A stretch of 64,000 nt of DNA, from contig NW_003314307.1 in the NCBI RefSeq assembly GCF_000143415.4, positions 832,378 through 896,377 on the forward strand. Reading direction: 5' to 3'. A program made the position numbers and the translations under genes. This stretch comes from Selaginella moellendorffii. Taxonomy: Eukaryota; Plantae; Lycopodiophyta. Below the pieces are notes generated by a model. That model was not told the DNA's origin, searched no databases, and worked only from the letters and a program-made list of their open reading frames with translations. Shown here in pieces: positions 13,901 to 27,216 of this stretch (positions are counted from its first letter, which is position 1; every line of letters starts with the position of its first letter).

Positions 13901-16390
13901 AAATTTAAAGTTTGCTTCAACTAAAGCCCAAAGCTCCAAATTCATCAATTTCACCCCTTCTTCAACTAATTAAATACATAGTATATATTTTACTTTCTGG
14001 ATAATTAACACTACATAGACTATGTGAGCAGAATTTCTATAGGACATAACAACATGAATAATCACAATATTGTGGAGGATTGCCATATTGTTGTTATCTA
14101 CAAAAACAATCAAATGGAGTGTGTAAAGTTCATATAGTAATTTGCTTACTATATAATATTCCTCCAATCCAAGTAAAACATTTGATTGTAGAACTTACTT
14201 TAAGTCGATATCTAACTCACTAATTTCTATGAATCTTTCTTAATTTGACTTGGAAGCACCTAGGCTCTTCATTGCTCAAAAGCATTGGTCCTCTTTGTTC
14301 TATAGTTATATACTTATATTTGAGATAGTGCAAATGTGTTTGTTGTATGGGCTCACTTACTCATTCCTTTCTTTTGATAGTTTCAAGGTTCTCAATTGGT
14401 TTTACTGCAAATTAAATTCTAAAATCATATAAAGTTGATTTCATCACTTTTATTACTTTGTGACCAAGAGGTTGTGTCAATGTTGTAGTAGATAAACATT
14501 CCACCAAACCCTCAAAATTATGTTGATTTTTTTTATAACTTAGCTTTTTATATAAAAGTGTATAAAGGTCTATTGTAGCATAGAGATGACCAAGTCATTG
14601 TAGCATGTTTTATTTGAAAATATGCATTTAGCGCAATTTGTTTTTGATAGCCATATCATATGGTAAATTTCAATAAGATTTATTGTTAACACTTCGTAGC
14701 AGGTATTTCAAAAATCATTGAATAAAGAAAGCAAATTAGTAAAGAGATCAATATGAGTACTTCCTTATTTGAGAAATAACTAAAGTCCTTAAATGTGAAA
14801 AACATATAAACCACTATATCAGTGAAGTCTGTAGTTGTAAAATTGCATTTTTTATAAACATTACCTCCAACCCACTATAAACGTATAAACTTGTAGTACT
14901 TATTTGCATCTTGTAAAGTGTTTATACATTTTAAACTCTAGCAAAACCACTTGTGGTTAACTTAAATATATTAACCTGTGCGTTCATATAAACTTTATTC
15001 CTAATGGAAAAGGCAACTCTTTTTCATTTGACTGAAACTTTGTTTATATCACCATTATAGACAATTCTAACACCTTATCAATTTGTTTATGCTTTGTTAC
15101 TCATGAAACCATAAAACATTGATGGTGTTGAAAATCCTAATCCAACTTAATATATATTATTTAGTAGTGTTTAAAAAAGAACTTAAAATGGCATCTCTTT
15201 CAAATAGTTATATTTTCTAATATAAGGAGCTAGTAAATAGTGAGCCAAGGGAGTTGACAAAAATATTTTTATACACTAAAGAATATTTTATTAAGGTTTT
15301 AGCTGCAAACAGTTTTATTAATAAGATATTTTAAATAAACTTAATAATTTAAATAATATTTACATCTGTTTAACTTACCACCATCTAATCTTTGTGGCAG
15401 AGGTTTTGGGTTATCACCTAATTTAGAGAGTAATTTGTTAATTTAATATTCAATAATTAGTATTTATACTAATTGTTTAAGTTATTTATTACAATACCAA
15501 TATCTATATTTTTCACCTTATGTTCAAACATTATAATGAATCCAAACTTTAACATTTAGATCCATAATATGCAAAGGATGAAAGACTTTCAAAGTTTAAT
15601 GTTAAAAAAAGTATATGCAATTGCAACTTGGGAATTAGTTGATTGTGATGTTGTGAAAATTCCCATTTACAATATCACTTTCTTAACTGAAAACTATATA
15701 CTTGTGATTATGGTATTGTTGATTGACGTTTGTATTTACTTTTTAACTATATTGCCTTTGAATATATTGTCTTTGCTTTCTTTGACCAAGTATTTGTAAT
15801 ATTCATATGTTTGTTATTTCTCTTCTACTAATACAAAATCAGAAAAGACTTAAATAACTTGAATTTTAATTATGAAGTTTGTATATTTGTACAAGGAATT
15901 GTTGAAACAAAACGTTGGAAAAATGCAAGTCCCAAGTTTTTATATCGGTTTAATTATATAAGTTTGGGAAAAGAAATCTATATATTAATGAGTACATGAG
16001 TTAATGAAATAGGTCTGTGAATAAGCTTGTGTAAGTTTAAGTGACCAAACACCATAGATCTACAATTGAACTTGAAGTGGTACTGAATAAACTTTGAATA
16101 TGCTTGGATAATCTACTATCTAATGGTTGTTGTTCATTTAGATTAATCTATTTTTTATAATTTGTGAACATGTTTATAATTTATAAAATATCAAAAAACA
16201 AACTTTCTAGTATATTCTTTTCTATTCCACTATTTATTATTAAATTCTTGGTTTATAAATTATAAATATTTTTAACATTATTTCTCAATTAAATTATTAC
16301 TACTATCAAGTAAACCAAGCAAATTATTTATGAGATAAGTATTTTCTCAAATATTTTTATCTCTTCACCATAAGATCCTTTTGCTTGTTT
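13901..16390. repeat. AT-rich repeat, subfamily A (longest ungapped copy)
   Basis: Matches 29965-31990 and 57465-59136; a diverged paralog of subfamily B. Confidence 0.85.
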
Positions 16391-16879
16391 TCAGGTACCA
16401 TATTAGTTTGGGTTTCATTGACAGCTCCATCAACCTTGCATCACACTCTTTCCTCACAAAGCTTACCAACAAGCTCCTGAGAAAAGCTTTTCTCTGATTT
16501 TGATTAAGTGTTTTGGATCCATGAGATTAGAGCATATGCCTTCAGTGATACAATGGAGTTCCCTCATTCTGACACAACACTCCTAGTTCTCAAGCAACTC
16601 CCAAGCACTTAAATGAAAAGTAACCTTCCTTAATAGCCTCTCCACAATAAAATTTTATGTCCATTCCCTGATGAAAAAGTTAAAGAAGAAGATACTTACC
16701 ATGTGTAAGGAGATAACTCCACAGCTTTTCATTGCCAAGCTTCAGTTTCCTCAAAACAGCTTGAAGATAGGGATTTTAAACTAGCTTGACAGAATTGCAT
16801 AAACGAAGTACCTTGTGAAGGCTATAAGACGAAACAAAAAAGCTATGAACTAATGAAAACACTATAGTACCTATGACCA

Positions 16880-17332
16880 TCATGCTTCGTAGGGCACTCT
16901 CCAGTTACTCCAAATGAGTAGTGCAAGAAGAAGTGTGTCATTGTGACAGTGACGCCAGAGTACTTCTGAACTTGGGGTAGAAAACTTCTCGAGCGGCAGG
17001 CATGTCTCCACTCTGAGCAAGTAGTGGATTCCGTCCAGATTTCTCTCCCGGATCTGCGAGTGGAGCCTCTTCTCTGCTAAGTCGCCACGTGCCTTGAGCG
17101 CCACCATGAAAAGTCTGAGCATTTGGCTGCCGGTTTGCTCGTAGCACTAAAGAGCAAAGGTTGTTCTCAGCATATCCCAGGAAACGATGTCTTGCTGCTC
17201 CATGCAAAGTCTCGGCGTTTGGAGGCAGGCCAGCTTCTCGTTGCATATGATAGAAGACGTGCTGTCCCATGATGATCATGTTCCAGGCAACCAACGTCGT
17301 GTTTCTTTGTCCTCCTGAACACTTCTGATGGT
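16880..17332 (-). pseudogene. Decayed PPR fragment, module P
   Basis: TLVAWNMIIMG, QPNAQTF, LHSQIRERNL. Confidence 0.6.
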
Positions 17333-17454
17333 TCTTTGTCACTTCTGGCTGTTTTGATGGTCTCACGGTGCAACATCCATCCATAGCTCCCCCAGAGGTC
17401 AACACCAGTAAAATCGCTCAAAACACATGGAACGATCCAATAATCAAACATATT

Positions 17455-17527
17455 TGGAGATGCTGGGTATCGATCCCGGTGCCTCTCGCATGCTAAGCAA
17501 ACGCTCTACCAGCTGAGCTACATCCCC
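17455..17527 (-). tRNA. tRNA-Ala(AGC), probably a pseudogene
   Basis: Full 73 nt; anticodon stem TTTGC/GCGAG has two G:U pairs; C-A mismatch in the T stem. Confidence 0.7.
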
Positions 17528-17740
17528 TTAGCAAAGAAAGCACCATTCGAATACTCATCCTTGGAGATTCTGGCATCTTTTGTTGCATTTTAAGAGCCTT
17601 TTGAGTGATGAGCTTTGGAAAGACCACCATCTCCAGCAGGTTTCTATAGGCAAGCATCTGCATCTGCAGGCAACCATGAAGAATGTTACTAGTGCTTATA
17701 ATAATAGTATTAGTATTCACAAGAGGACGAAAAGAGAGTG

Positions 17741-17995
17741 TTATTCAAGAGGATGAGTAAAGCAATTGGTAAAACCAACACGAAACTTGGTAGGTTCTTG
17801 CTCTATTTTCCAGTCCATGTTCCGAGCCAGCTGTGCAATAACTTCCAAGTCTGGTAGTTGACCCTTGTATGTGATCTTCACTGTCTGTGAGCAAGAGCCT
17901 GCTGTCTTCTTGCTCTGCAACTTAATCTCCTTGAAGATTGTTTGTACACAATCTTCCATGTGACAACGCATGCACTGTGCTGAGTTACATGTCAC
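17741..17995 (-). CDS. Small Cys-containing ORF, HMA-like (putative)
   Basis: CMRCHMEDCVQTIFKEI...TVKITYKGQLPDLEVIAQLARNMDWKIE; the tail after KFR is replaced by a repeat junction. Confidence 0.4.
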   Translation of the reverse strand: MTCNSAQCMRCHMEDCVQTIFKEIKLQSKKTAGSCSQTVKITYKGQLPDLEVIAQLARNMDWKIEQEPTKFRVGFTNCFTHPLE

Positions 17996-18770
17996 TGCCA
18001 GTGTTGGCAGGACACTTTGAGGAGAATCCTAGAGTCCCATTGCTGTGCGAACCATGAGTGTGAGCTTCCAGCTGTTTCTTCTCAGTCGGAGGATCGTCCA
18101 CCACAACTTCGATCTGCCACCTGGGATCCTGAAAGATCACATTACTGCGCTGCTTCCTTCGAGATAACATCCATCGCACGAGCAAAAAGCACGCGAGCAG
18201 CACCAAGATCGCAACCAAAACCCAGAGAAGAAACTGGAGCAGCGACCACGGCGTCCTCCGAACCACTGTAACTACTGCTGCGGGTGTTGGTGTGGCCACT
18301 GCTGCGTCGTGACCGTCGCGACGACGATGGTGGTGGTGGTGGTGGTGGTGGTGGTTGTGGCGTCCTCCATGGTGGTGACCATGGTGATGGTGGTGAACAA
18401 CCAGAGGAGCTCCATCACCGTGATGATGATGGTACACTGCTGCTGCTGGAGCTGGATGGTGGTGGCGAGCATGATCGAGGATAGCAGGCGCTGGAGCTAG
18501 ATGAGCAGGGTAGCTGTGAGCAGGGTGAACGAAAGCAGCTGGCGCTGGGGCTCGATCTGGAGCGTCACCTTGAAGAACTAGAGCTAAAGCTGGCGCTGGC
18601 TCGTGGCCTTGGTGTCCATGGTGGTGTGCTGGATGTGCTGGAGCTAGAGCTGGAGCATGGGTGTGAAGCTCGGTGATGGCCGCCATGCCAAGGCGCTTGA
18701 GCTCGGCGGGCAAGCATTGGGGCGGCGTGAGCGCTAGAGACCATAGCTTACCTGACGAGAGCTTCGACAA
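17985..18770 (-). CDS. His/Ala/Pro-rich single-pass membrane protein, copy 2
   Basis: 261-aa open frame with APAPA motifs, His tracts, a TM segment (WSLLQFLLWVLVAILVLLACFLLVRWML) and RRKQR; true start uncertain. Confidence 0.65.
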   Translation of the reverse strand: MSKLSSGKLWSLALTPPQCLPAELKRLGMAAITELHTHAPALAPAHPAHHHGHQGHEPAPALALVLQGDAPDRAPAPAAFVHPAHSYPAHLAPAPAILDHARHHHPAPAAAVYHHHHGDGAPLVVHHHHHGHHHGGRHNHHHHHHHHHRRRDGHDAAVATPTPAAVVTVVRRTPWSLLQFLLWVLVAILVLLACFLLVRWMLSRRKQRSNVIFQDPRWQIEVVVDDPPTEKKQLEAHTHGSHSNGTLGFSSKCPANTGSDM

Positions 18771-19092
18771 TAGAAAAATCCGAGTGAGAAAGATTATAAC
18801 CTATGGATTGTCAGCAAGGGTGCCATCGGGCTTGAGCATGCCAAAGAGCCCAAACCTAGATGTGAATAGCGATTTAATCTCATAATCACAAAATGCTCTA
18901 GGTATTTCCAAAAGAGAAAACAACTTTAATTTGATGACAACTCCTTTTTAGGCTCAATCCTAATGTAGTGAACGAAACTTTTTTACTTGCTTTTCAAACC
19001 TCTGAAAACTTGGCACTTGGAGCTCATGGAAACACAAGCCATCAGCGTGCACAAACTACTTCCTTTTGAAAAAAAGTGGGAAAAAGAAACAA

Positions 19093-19268
19093 AAATAAAT
19101 GTCTATCCATTGCTGTTTTGATGGTCTCACAGTGCAACATCCATCCATAGCTCCCCCAAAGGTCAACACCAGTAAAATCGAAATAAATGTCTATCCATTG
19201 CTGTTTTGATGGTCTCATAGTGCAACATCCATCCATAGCTCCCGCAAAGGTCAACACCAGTAAAATCG
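19093..19268. repeat. 88-bp tandem duplication downstream of tRNA-Ala
   Basis: AAATAAATGTCTATCC...GTAAAATCG occurs twice in tandem. Confidence 0.9.
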
Positions 19269-19306
19269 CTCAAAACACCTGGAACAATCAAATAATCAAA
19301 CATATT

Positions 19307-19371
19307 TAGAGATGCTGGGTATCGATCCCAGTGCCTCTCGCATGCTAAGGAAGCACTCTACCATCTTCCCC
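19307..19371 (-). pseudogene. tRNA-Ala(AGC) pseudogene with an 8-nt deletion
   Basis: 3' two-thirds matches the other copies; deletion spans the acceptor/D-arm region. Confidence 0.85.
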
Positions 19372-20265
19372 TTAGCAAAGAAACAAAAATGCTAATCTTT
19401 CCTCTTCACCATTCTAATACTCATCCTTGTAGATTCTGGCATCTTTTGTTGCATTTCAAGAGCCTTCTGAGTGATGAGCTTTGGAAAGACCACCATCTCC
19501 AGCAGGTTTCTATAGGAAAGCATCTGCATCTGCAGGCAACCATGAAGAATGTTACTAATGCTTATATAATAGTAATAGTATTCACAAGGGAGGACGAAAA
19601 GAGAGTGTTATTCAAGAGTATGAGTAAAGCAATTGGTAGAACCAACACAATATAAATCAATTATATGATCTTCAGTAGCAATCAAATTGTATAAACACTA
19701 ATATTATTTGGTATTTTGGTTTGCTAGTAAACATATTTAGCTACATAATTGTATAGCTAAAAGTCTTTTAAAATGAGTAACTTTTTTTTCTTACAAAATT
19801 TCAAAATTGGAAACGTCACCTTTACATTCTTTCAAAGTTTAAATGCATTTGCTTTTGGTCTCTCATAGTCTCTGAACAAACAAATAGAGATATTGGGCAC
19901 ACTTGATCAATTCAAAAAAACTAATTATTAAAAGCTTACTACAAGATGGATTTTGTTTCAAGGTGGCCTCTCTCCATTCCTTGTATTCTAAGCATGTTGT
20001 CCCACCTGGATCTTGTATAAAAACCAAACTAATGCCTTTAGAACTTGTAAGTTTGTAACAAGGAAATAAATGTCCCCTATTGACCTCAAGAATGTACAAC
20101 TTAATGTACTTTCAAGTGGATCTGCTAATAAAGAGAGCCAAGTCAACAAAAAAGTCATTAAGAATATTTTAAAAATATTTTGGTACACTAAAGAATATTT
20201 TCTTAATGTTTTAGTGGCAAACAGGTATTTTAAACAAAATAGTAATCTAAATAATATCTAGATCT

Positions 20266-23200
20266 TGTGAGGTCCAAGTGTACGGCTACGATGCCATATA
20301 TTAATATTAGCATAGTGGGATTTTGGTAGCTGTCAGATTGGTTTCAATCCAGACCACTTGCTCTTGTATATAAACTAGGGTTTTTGGGTTAATTAATATG
20401 CACATTTTCTGTATTCCCTTTTTATATTTAATGCACTCACATTGGTGGAGATGAGGGGCATCTTTGATTGTCCTTGAGGAGTGTTTAAATTTGGGATTTT
20501 TGGTTTAGATATAACTTTTGCATCATCTAGGTTTAATTTTTTCCATTTCCTTTTTTTTATTTTTTCCTTTCAAGATCTAACTTTTTGCATTGTCTAAATC
20601 TCCCTTTCCTTCTAGCCTTTTTTCATCTCTTCTTTTGTTTTTTCCTTTTCGTTCATTTTCATAGTAGATTAGTAATCTCATTCTCTTTTGACTCTAGAGC
20701 AGCAATTGGTACAATTGCTTGATGCTATATGATTGCAATTGAACAACCAAACTCAATTGATGGTGGCATTCATGGCATGTAGTACAACTCTTCCTATTTT
20801 TAGTGCCAATTCTTGTGTTCAGCCGAAGTTCTTTTGCGGGAATCTTGGGGATAATGTGTACCATTGATTCGATCACTTCACGGTGATTGCCATATATTAT
20901 TCTTGGGATGATGCTTGACGTTTGCATGAATTTCCCACATGTCTCCAAGGGACAGCGTTGCAGTGGTACAATTGTTTGAACGCAGCCACTTGTGAAGATT
21001 GGAATATTCTCCCGGACGTCTTTAAACATGCATTCGAACATGCCAACGATTGTGATGATGCTTTCCAACAATTGCATTATTTTTGTCAAGGGCCATCTAA
21101 GTTGGTGATGCAATTTAGCATTCATTTCCGAAGCCTCTTGCTTCATGCAGAGCCAAATATGTTGAAGCGGATCAAGCTAGGAATGTTGTGGCCAGTACTT
21201 CGTCAAGATTTTGTCAAACTTATACATGCACTTGCTCCTGCCACCCTTGACAATGCTCTTCGCTTGGCACAACATTATGAGATGTCGCTTCTTCCACTTC
21301 TCGCTTCACATCCTTCAGCTCCACTTCCTGTGGGTGATGGTCTTGTTCCAATGGAGGTTGATGCTACTACTGCTCAAGTCCAAGGACAAGAGCGAGGCTG
21401 TGGTTGTGGCTGTGATATTCGTTATTGGGTGCTTGATGAAGTTGGTCACACTTATCGGCATTGTCGGTGTTTTCCAAATTAGTAGCCACTATTTCTTGAG
21501 TGGATACCTTGGCATCAATAACATCTTTTTGGTGTTGCTGTAGTAGAAGGTTTGAACACTAAGATGCATTCGGGAAATAAGGAGTGGCGTGAGTAACGGA
21601 GGGACCTTGTGCGAATAAGTTAGTGACCCCTCAATATTTCTTTCGAAAGTATCATCAAGGGGTTCACTTGGCACCAGTTCATCCAGTGTTTACTTTCCAA
21701 GCTTATTTTTATAACAAATGGTCTCCTATTATTTTCTCTGTGTTGGTTGATATAGGTTCGAGTTTATCTTCTATTGCTTGACCTGTTGCCACAAGTTGCC
21801 ATTTACACTTGCGTCGTGCAGTGGAGCCAGTTTTCATTATTTATGGCAACGGCCGTACATATGCATGTGCACAGGATGAGGCAGACCTAGTTGTGCATGT
21901 GAACGATCCCGAGCTTGGGTTGCAATCATTGTAGGTGGTGCTAAGTCAAGCTTTTGACTTCATCCTTGGTATAGATTGATTGCAACACAATCATGCCAAG
22001 TGTGACTTTGAGGCTTCTCCCCCTTGTCTCATATTTCTTTATATTTCATCCATTCTTCTCACTTCTGTATTCTTCGTCCCTCTAATTCTACCTCTGCTTC
22101 TATTTCTTTTGTCCCCCCACTACTTCCTCTTATGTTTCCATCTTGTTTTGCTTTTCTCTTTTCCGATTTAGCATTTGTGGATTTTCTAAACGAGGATTCT
22201 GTGCCGTCGGGGGTTTCTGTACTTGACATTTAGTGTCCACAAGGTGCGGAGCAAAATCTACCTTCTCTTAATGAGGTTCACGAGGCTCAAAAGATTGAGC
22301 CATGGATTTGAAAGCTTCGAGATGGGTTTGAGAATCCTAGATCACTTGCTAATGACTTGCTTTTCCTTCATTTACATTCTCAATATCGCCTTGAAGACGG
22401 CCTTTTTTATTTTGTGAAGATAGATCCTGATGATCCTTTATAGCTGGGGATGCCTTCTGTCTTTATTCTACGGTTTCTCCATGCCTACCATGATTCTCCT
22501 ATTCTAGACGAACATATGGGATATCGTTGTGTGATTGAAAAGTTGCATAAATCTTTCTATTGGCCGAAGATGCAATGTGATGTTATTCAATATGTGTGTA
22601 GTTACATTTGGTGCTAAGCCCGTAATACTCCTCTTTATTCCTCGGAAAGACAATTGGAGTCAATTGCAATTTCCCGTCCGTTTAAGTTGGTGGCGTTTGA
22701 TCTTATAAGACCTTTTCCACGATCAATTATTAGCAATGAGTATGTTATTATTGCTTCTGACTATTTGACTCATTGGGTGGAAGTTGGTGCTCTTGCTAGT
22801 GCCTCTGCAACTGTTATTAAATACTTCTTCCTCAATCGAGTGGTGTTCTAGCATTCTTGTCCATAGCGGATTCTTTCGGACAATGGTCCCGCATTTATGG
22901 CTGAGGCATTTCATATTTTGATGTCTCAGTTGGGGATACACCACACCTTCACAAATGTTTATCATAAATACAAATGGTTTGGTGAAACGGCTCGTTCGGA
23001 CGTTTAAAGGGATGATTGCAAAGTATGTGAACTTTTAGCATTCGAATTGAGATGGTTATTTGCCTTCTCTTTGGTATGCATATGTCACAAAGGTGCAGAG
23101 TTCTATTGTTGCTTCACCATATAAACTTCTATGTGGTCATGATCTAATATTGTTAACAGAGTTGGGTTTACCTTCACAATTGTCACGAGCTGCCGATGCT

Positions 23201-23765
23201 AGGTTGTGGGATCAGTATTTGACGAGCATTCTTCCACTTGTTCGAGTAGAGTCTACCAAACACTTAAGCCACGTACAAGTGGGACAACAATAGTGCTACA
23301 AGTCCCATCATCGTCCGCCTATGGAGTACAAAGTGGATGATATGGTGTTAGTCTGTTTTCCCCATTTTATAGTATGTGGTTTATTTAAAGGGCTCCTTGC
23401 TCAGTGGAAAGGACTATATTGAGTGTTGTGGCAAGTTGGACCACAAGTTTATAAGATTTGGCATGATATCCATAGGCAAATCCTCCAAAAATTGTGCATA
23501 TGCAACAATTAAAACGTTTCGTATAAAAGGATTAGAAAAAATTAATACCACCTATAGATCCGCTAATGCCTCCTTCTAACGTTCCTCCAGATCCTAGCCC
23601 ATTTATAAAAGAACTTGATGGTCTTTCATTATTCCGAGAAGAAGGGATGATATAAAGTCCAAGTCCAAGTGTATGGTTACAATGTTATATATTAATATTA
23701 GCATAGTGGGATTTTAGTAGCCATCGGATTAGTTTCAATCCAGACCCATCTTCCATGCACTCATA
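20266..23765 (+). mobile_element. Ty3/Gypsy LTR retrotransposon, degenerate, RT/RNase H deleted
   Basis: 5' LTR 20266-20441 (TG..CA); PBS 20443-20460; gag (PMEVDA); protease-like VLVDIGS; integrase (SDNGPAF); PPT; 3' LTR 23651-23765; TSD ATCT. Confidence 0.92.
20443..20460 (+). promoter_or_regulatory. Primer-binding site complementary to the tRNA-Ala 3' end
   Basis: TGGTGGAGATG is the exact complement of ...CATCTCCA-CCA and starts 1 nt after the LTR. Confidence 0.85.
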
Positions 23766-26390
23766 ATCTGAAATTTTAGAGGTTTTTATTTCTGACCTAA
23801 TTTAAATAATAAATTAACTATATTTAGTATTACTAAATATAAAATTATTACTATAAAATCCTAATTTATATATTAATCTTTATTTATAAATATATCAAAT
23901 TCAAATACAATACTAATAACTAGTTCTTTTCCAATGTCTTTGATACCTCTAACCATGCATTTGTAATGTTAAGGAACATTAATTTCTTGAGAAAAGTGAG
24001 ATTGTTATTATTGTTGTAAAGTGTTCATTTCAAATTTAAAGCCTGTTTCAATGAAAGCATAAAACTTCAAATTCATCAATTTCACCCAAACAACCAAATA
24101 AATTGCTTATTTTTTGGTTTTTGGATAATTAACATTGCACAGACCATGTGTGCAAAACTTTTGCAGGACATAACCATATGAATTGATCACATTGTTCTGG
24201 AGGATTGCCATATTGTTTTCATCTACAAAAACAATTAGCTAGAGTGCGTAAAGTTCATATAATAATTTGCTTACCACATAATATTCCTCCAATCCAAACA
24301 AAATATTTGATTGTAGAACTTGCTCTAGGTTGACATATAGCTCACTAAATCTTATGAATAATTTTTTTTTTGACTTAGAAGTAGCTAAGCTTTTAATTGC
24401 TCAAAAGTATTGGTCCTCTATATTCTATAGTTACATACTCATGTTTGGGATGGTACAACTTTCTCGATTGCTTGGGCTTACTTATTAATTGTTTTCTTCT
24501 GAGAGTTTTAAGGTTCTTAATTGGTTTTATTGTAAATTAAATTCCAATAGCATTTACTTTGTGAGGTTGTGACCAAGAGGTTGTGTCAATGTTATAGTAA
24601 ATAAACAGTCCACTAAATCTTTAAAATGATATGTATTTTATTATAACTTAGCCTTTTATATAAGAGTGCATAAAGGTCTATCGTAAGATAGAGGTGACCA
24701 AATCATTCTAGAAAGTTTTATATTAAAATATGCATTTAGAGAAACTTTTTTTCAATAGTGGGTAGCAAGTATTTTAAAACTCATTTAATAAGAAAGAGAA
24801 TTAATAAAGGAATCAATGCTGGTAGTTCTTTATCTGAGAAATAATTAAAGTCTTTAAATGTAGAAAACAACTAAACCACCATGTTAGCTAAGTTTGTAAT
24901 TCTAAACTTGTATTCTCTATAAACATTACTTTCAACCCACTAAAATGTATAAATTTATATTACTTGTTTAAATTTTCTAAAGTGTTTGTACTTTTTAAAC
25001 TCTAACACAATTAGTTATGCTTATCATGGTATTCACCTCGAATGCATTTTTTTATATGTTCATGTAACTCTACTCTTGATAGAGAAGGCAACTCCTCTTT
25101 CAGATAATTAAAATTTTATTTTTGGAACCATTATACATAATTCTAATGCTTCCTCAATTTTTTTATGCTTCATTACTCATGAAATTATAAAGCATTTGTG
25201 GTGTTGAAAATTTTATTCCAACATGATATACATTGTTCAAAAAAGAACTTAAAATAGCATTTCTCTTAGATAACTATTACCATCAAGGATTATGCTCTAT
25301 ATAAAAGGATTTTCTGTTAAAGAGAACTTAAATAAAGGAGTTCAGAAAAATATTTTTATACACTAAAGAATATTTTATTAAGGTTTTAGCTGTAATATTT
25401 TTATTAAACAGATATTTTTAAAATAGTAATTTAAGTATCTAAACTTTATTGGAAATAGTTTCTATTTGATAGAGGCTTTGCATTATCACCTAATTTAGAA
25501 AAAACTTATTATTTTAATATCTAATAATTAGTACTTATATTAATTATTAAAGTTATATATCTATATTATATCAATATCTATTTGTTTCACCTCATATTCA
25601 GATGTTATAATGAATCCAAAGTCTAACACTTAGATCCATCCTATGCAAAGGATAAAATACTCTAGAATTTTAACATTTAAAGAATTATGTGTAATTGCAA
25701 CTTTGTTGTAAAGCTTTCTATTTACAGTGTCACTTCCATAAATGAGAATCATATACTCGTGATGATGATATTGCTGCTTAACGTTGATCTTTTACTTTTA
25801 ATTATAATGCCTTTGAGTATGTTGTCTTTGCTTCATTTGACCAAGTATTTGTAATCTCATATATTTGTTGTTTCTCGTCTACTAATATCAAATCAAGAAA
25901 GATTTAAAGAACTTGAATTGTAATTATAAATTTTGTATATATGTACAGGGCATGGTTGAAAGAAGAATATAGCATCTAATCTACAATAAAATCTTGGAGA
26001 AAATTAAGTTCCTTATACACTAATGAAAAAAGTTAAATATACTTATGTAAATACGTTTGTGAATAGGCTTATACAGATTTAAAGTGACCAAACACTATAA
26101 ATCTATAATTGGTTTGCTTAAGCAAACCTGTAGCAGTATTGACTATATTTAAATATGCTTGGAGATTCTAGGATATTTTAATAGCTAATAGTTGTTGTTC
26201 ATTTAGATTAATATTTTTATTTATAATTTATAATCTTTCCTAAACACTTTATAGTATATTCTTGCTTATTCTACTATCGATATGGAATAATATTAATCTT
26301 GACTTATAAATTATAAATATGTTTATAACCATTGATCAATTAAAATACTCAATGAATGCAGAGATAAGTATTGTCTCTCATATTTTTTAT
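23766..26390. repeat. AT-rich repeat, subfamily B; contains the empty Helitron target site (GACTA|TATTTAAATAT near 26145)
   Basis: Collinear with 4350-6790 followed directly by 13006-13230. Confidence 0.85.
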
Positions 26391-26393
26391 CCT

Positions 26394-27000
26394 TCACCAT
26401 GGTGTGCCAGCTAAGATCCTTTTGCGTCTTTTCAGGAGCCATCTTTGTTTGGGTTTTATGGACAGCTCCATCAACCTTGCATCACACTCTTTCCTTGCAA
26501 AGTTTATCAACCTCCCGAGATGAGCTTTTCTCTCATTGAGCAAGCATGCTGAGTAGTGGATTCCATCCAGATTTCTCTCCCAGATTTGTGAGTGGAGCCT
26601 CTTCTCTGCTAAGTCGCTGTGTGCCTCGAGCGCCACCATGAAAGTCTGAGCGTTTGGCTGCTGGCTTGCTCATAGCACTCAAGAGCAAAGGTTGTTCTCA
26701 GCATATCCCAGGAAACAATGTTTTCCTACTCCATGCAAAGTCTCAGCGTTTGGAGACAGGCCAGCTTCTTGTTCCATCTGATAGAAGATGTGCTGTCCCA
26801 TGATGATCGTGTTCCAGGCAGCCAACGTCATGTTTATTTGTCCTCCTGAACACTTCTGATGCTTCCACATGTCCACGAGGCTGCTTGCGACGAATGCATC
26901 GGCTTTGTATTCACAATTTGCGAGGTAGACCAGCCTATCCTATTCTTCGTCCCATCCTGTTGAACTACCTGTGTTGCAAGCCGCAGTGTAGACTTCGACC
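26394..27000 (-). pseudogene. Decayed PPR fragment, module P
   Basis: Same motifs as the other module P copies. Confidence 0.6.
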
Positions 27001-27216
27001 ATACTTTCACAATTGCACTTGCTTGATTCCCGGCTTGACTCTGGAGAAACTTATCTGGCTGCTATGCCCTGCACTGCTTCTTCTTATCGAAATTGAGATT
27101 TGAGCGCCTGCAAGAACAGAGAGCAGAAGTAGTACGTTACCTTTTCTCATACCTTTCGTCTCAAGCAACTTCTCTGGCCTTTGGATGTGCACTAACGTCC
27201 GCCTCTAGAGCATAGC

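Noticed and set aside
14120-14200. Minus-strand frame FY.Q.F.LDWRNI(M/I)..ANYYMNF resembling the LDxRGR motif of phage-type RNA polymerases
   Set aside because: It lacks the GR of the motif, no motifs A/B/C were found in the right order, and the flanking substitution pattern favours a different frame.
18272-18500. Poly-Thr, poly-Val and poly-Gly ORFs overlapping the His-rich gene (all copies)
   Set aside because: Alternative frames and strands of the (CAC)n repeat; only the His frame continues into the TM segment and tail.
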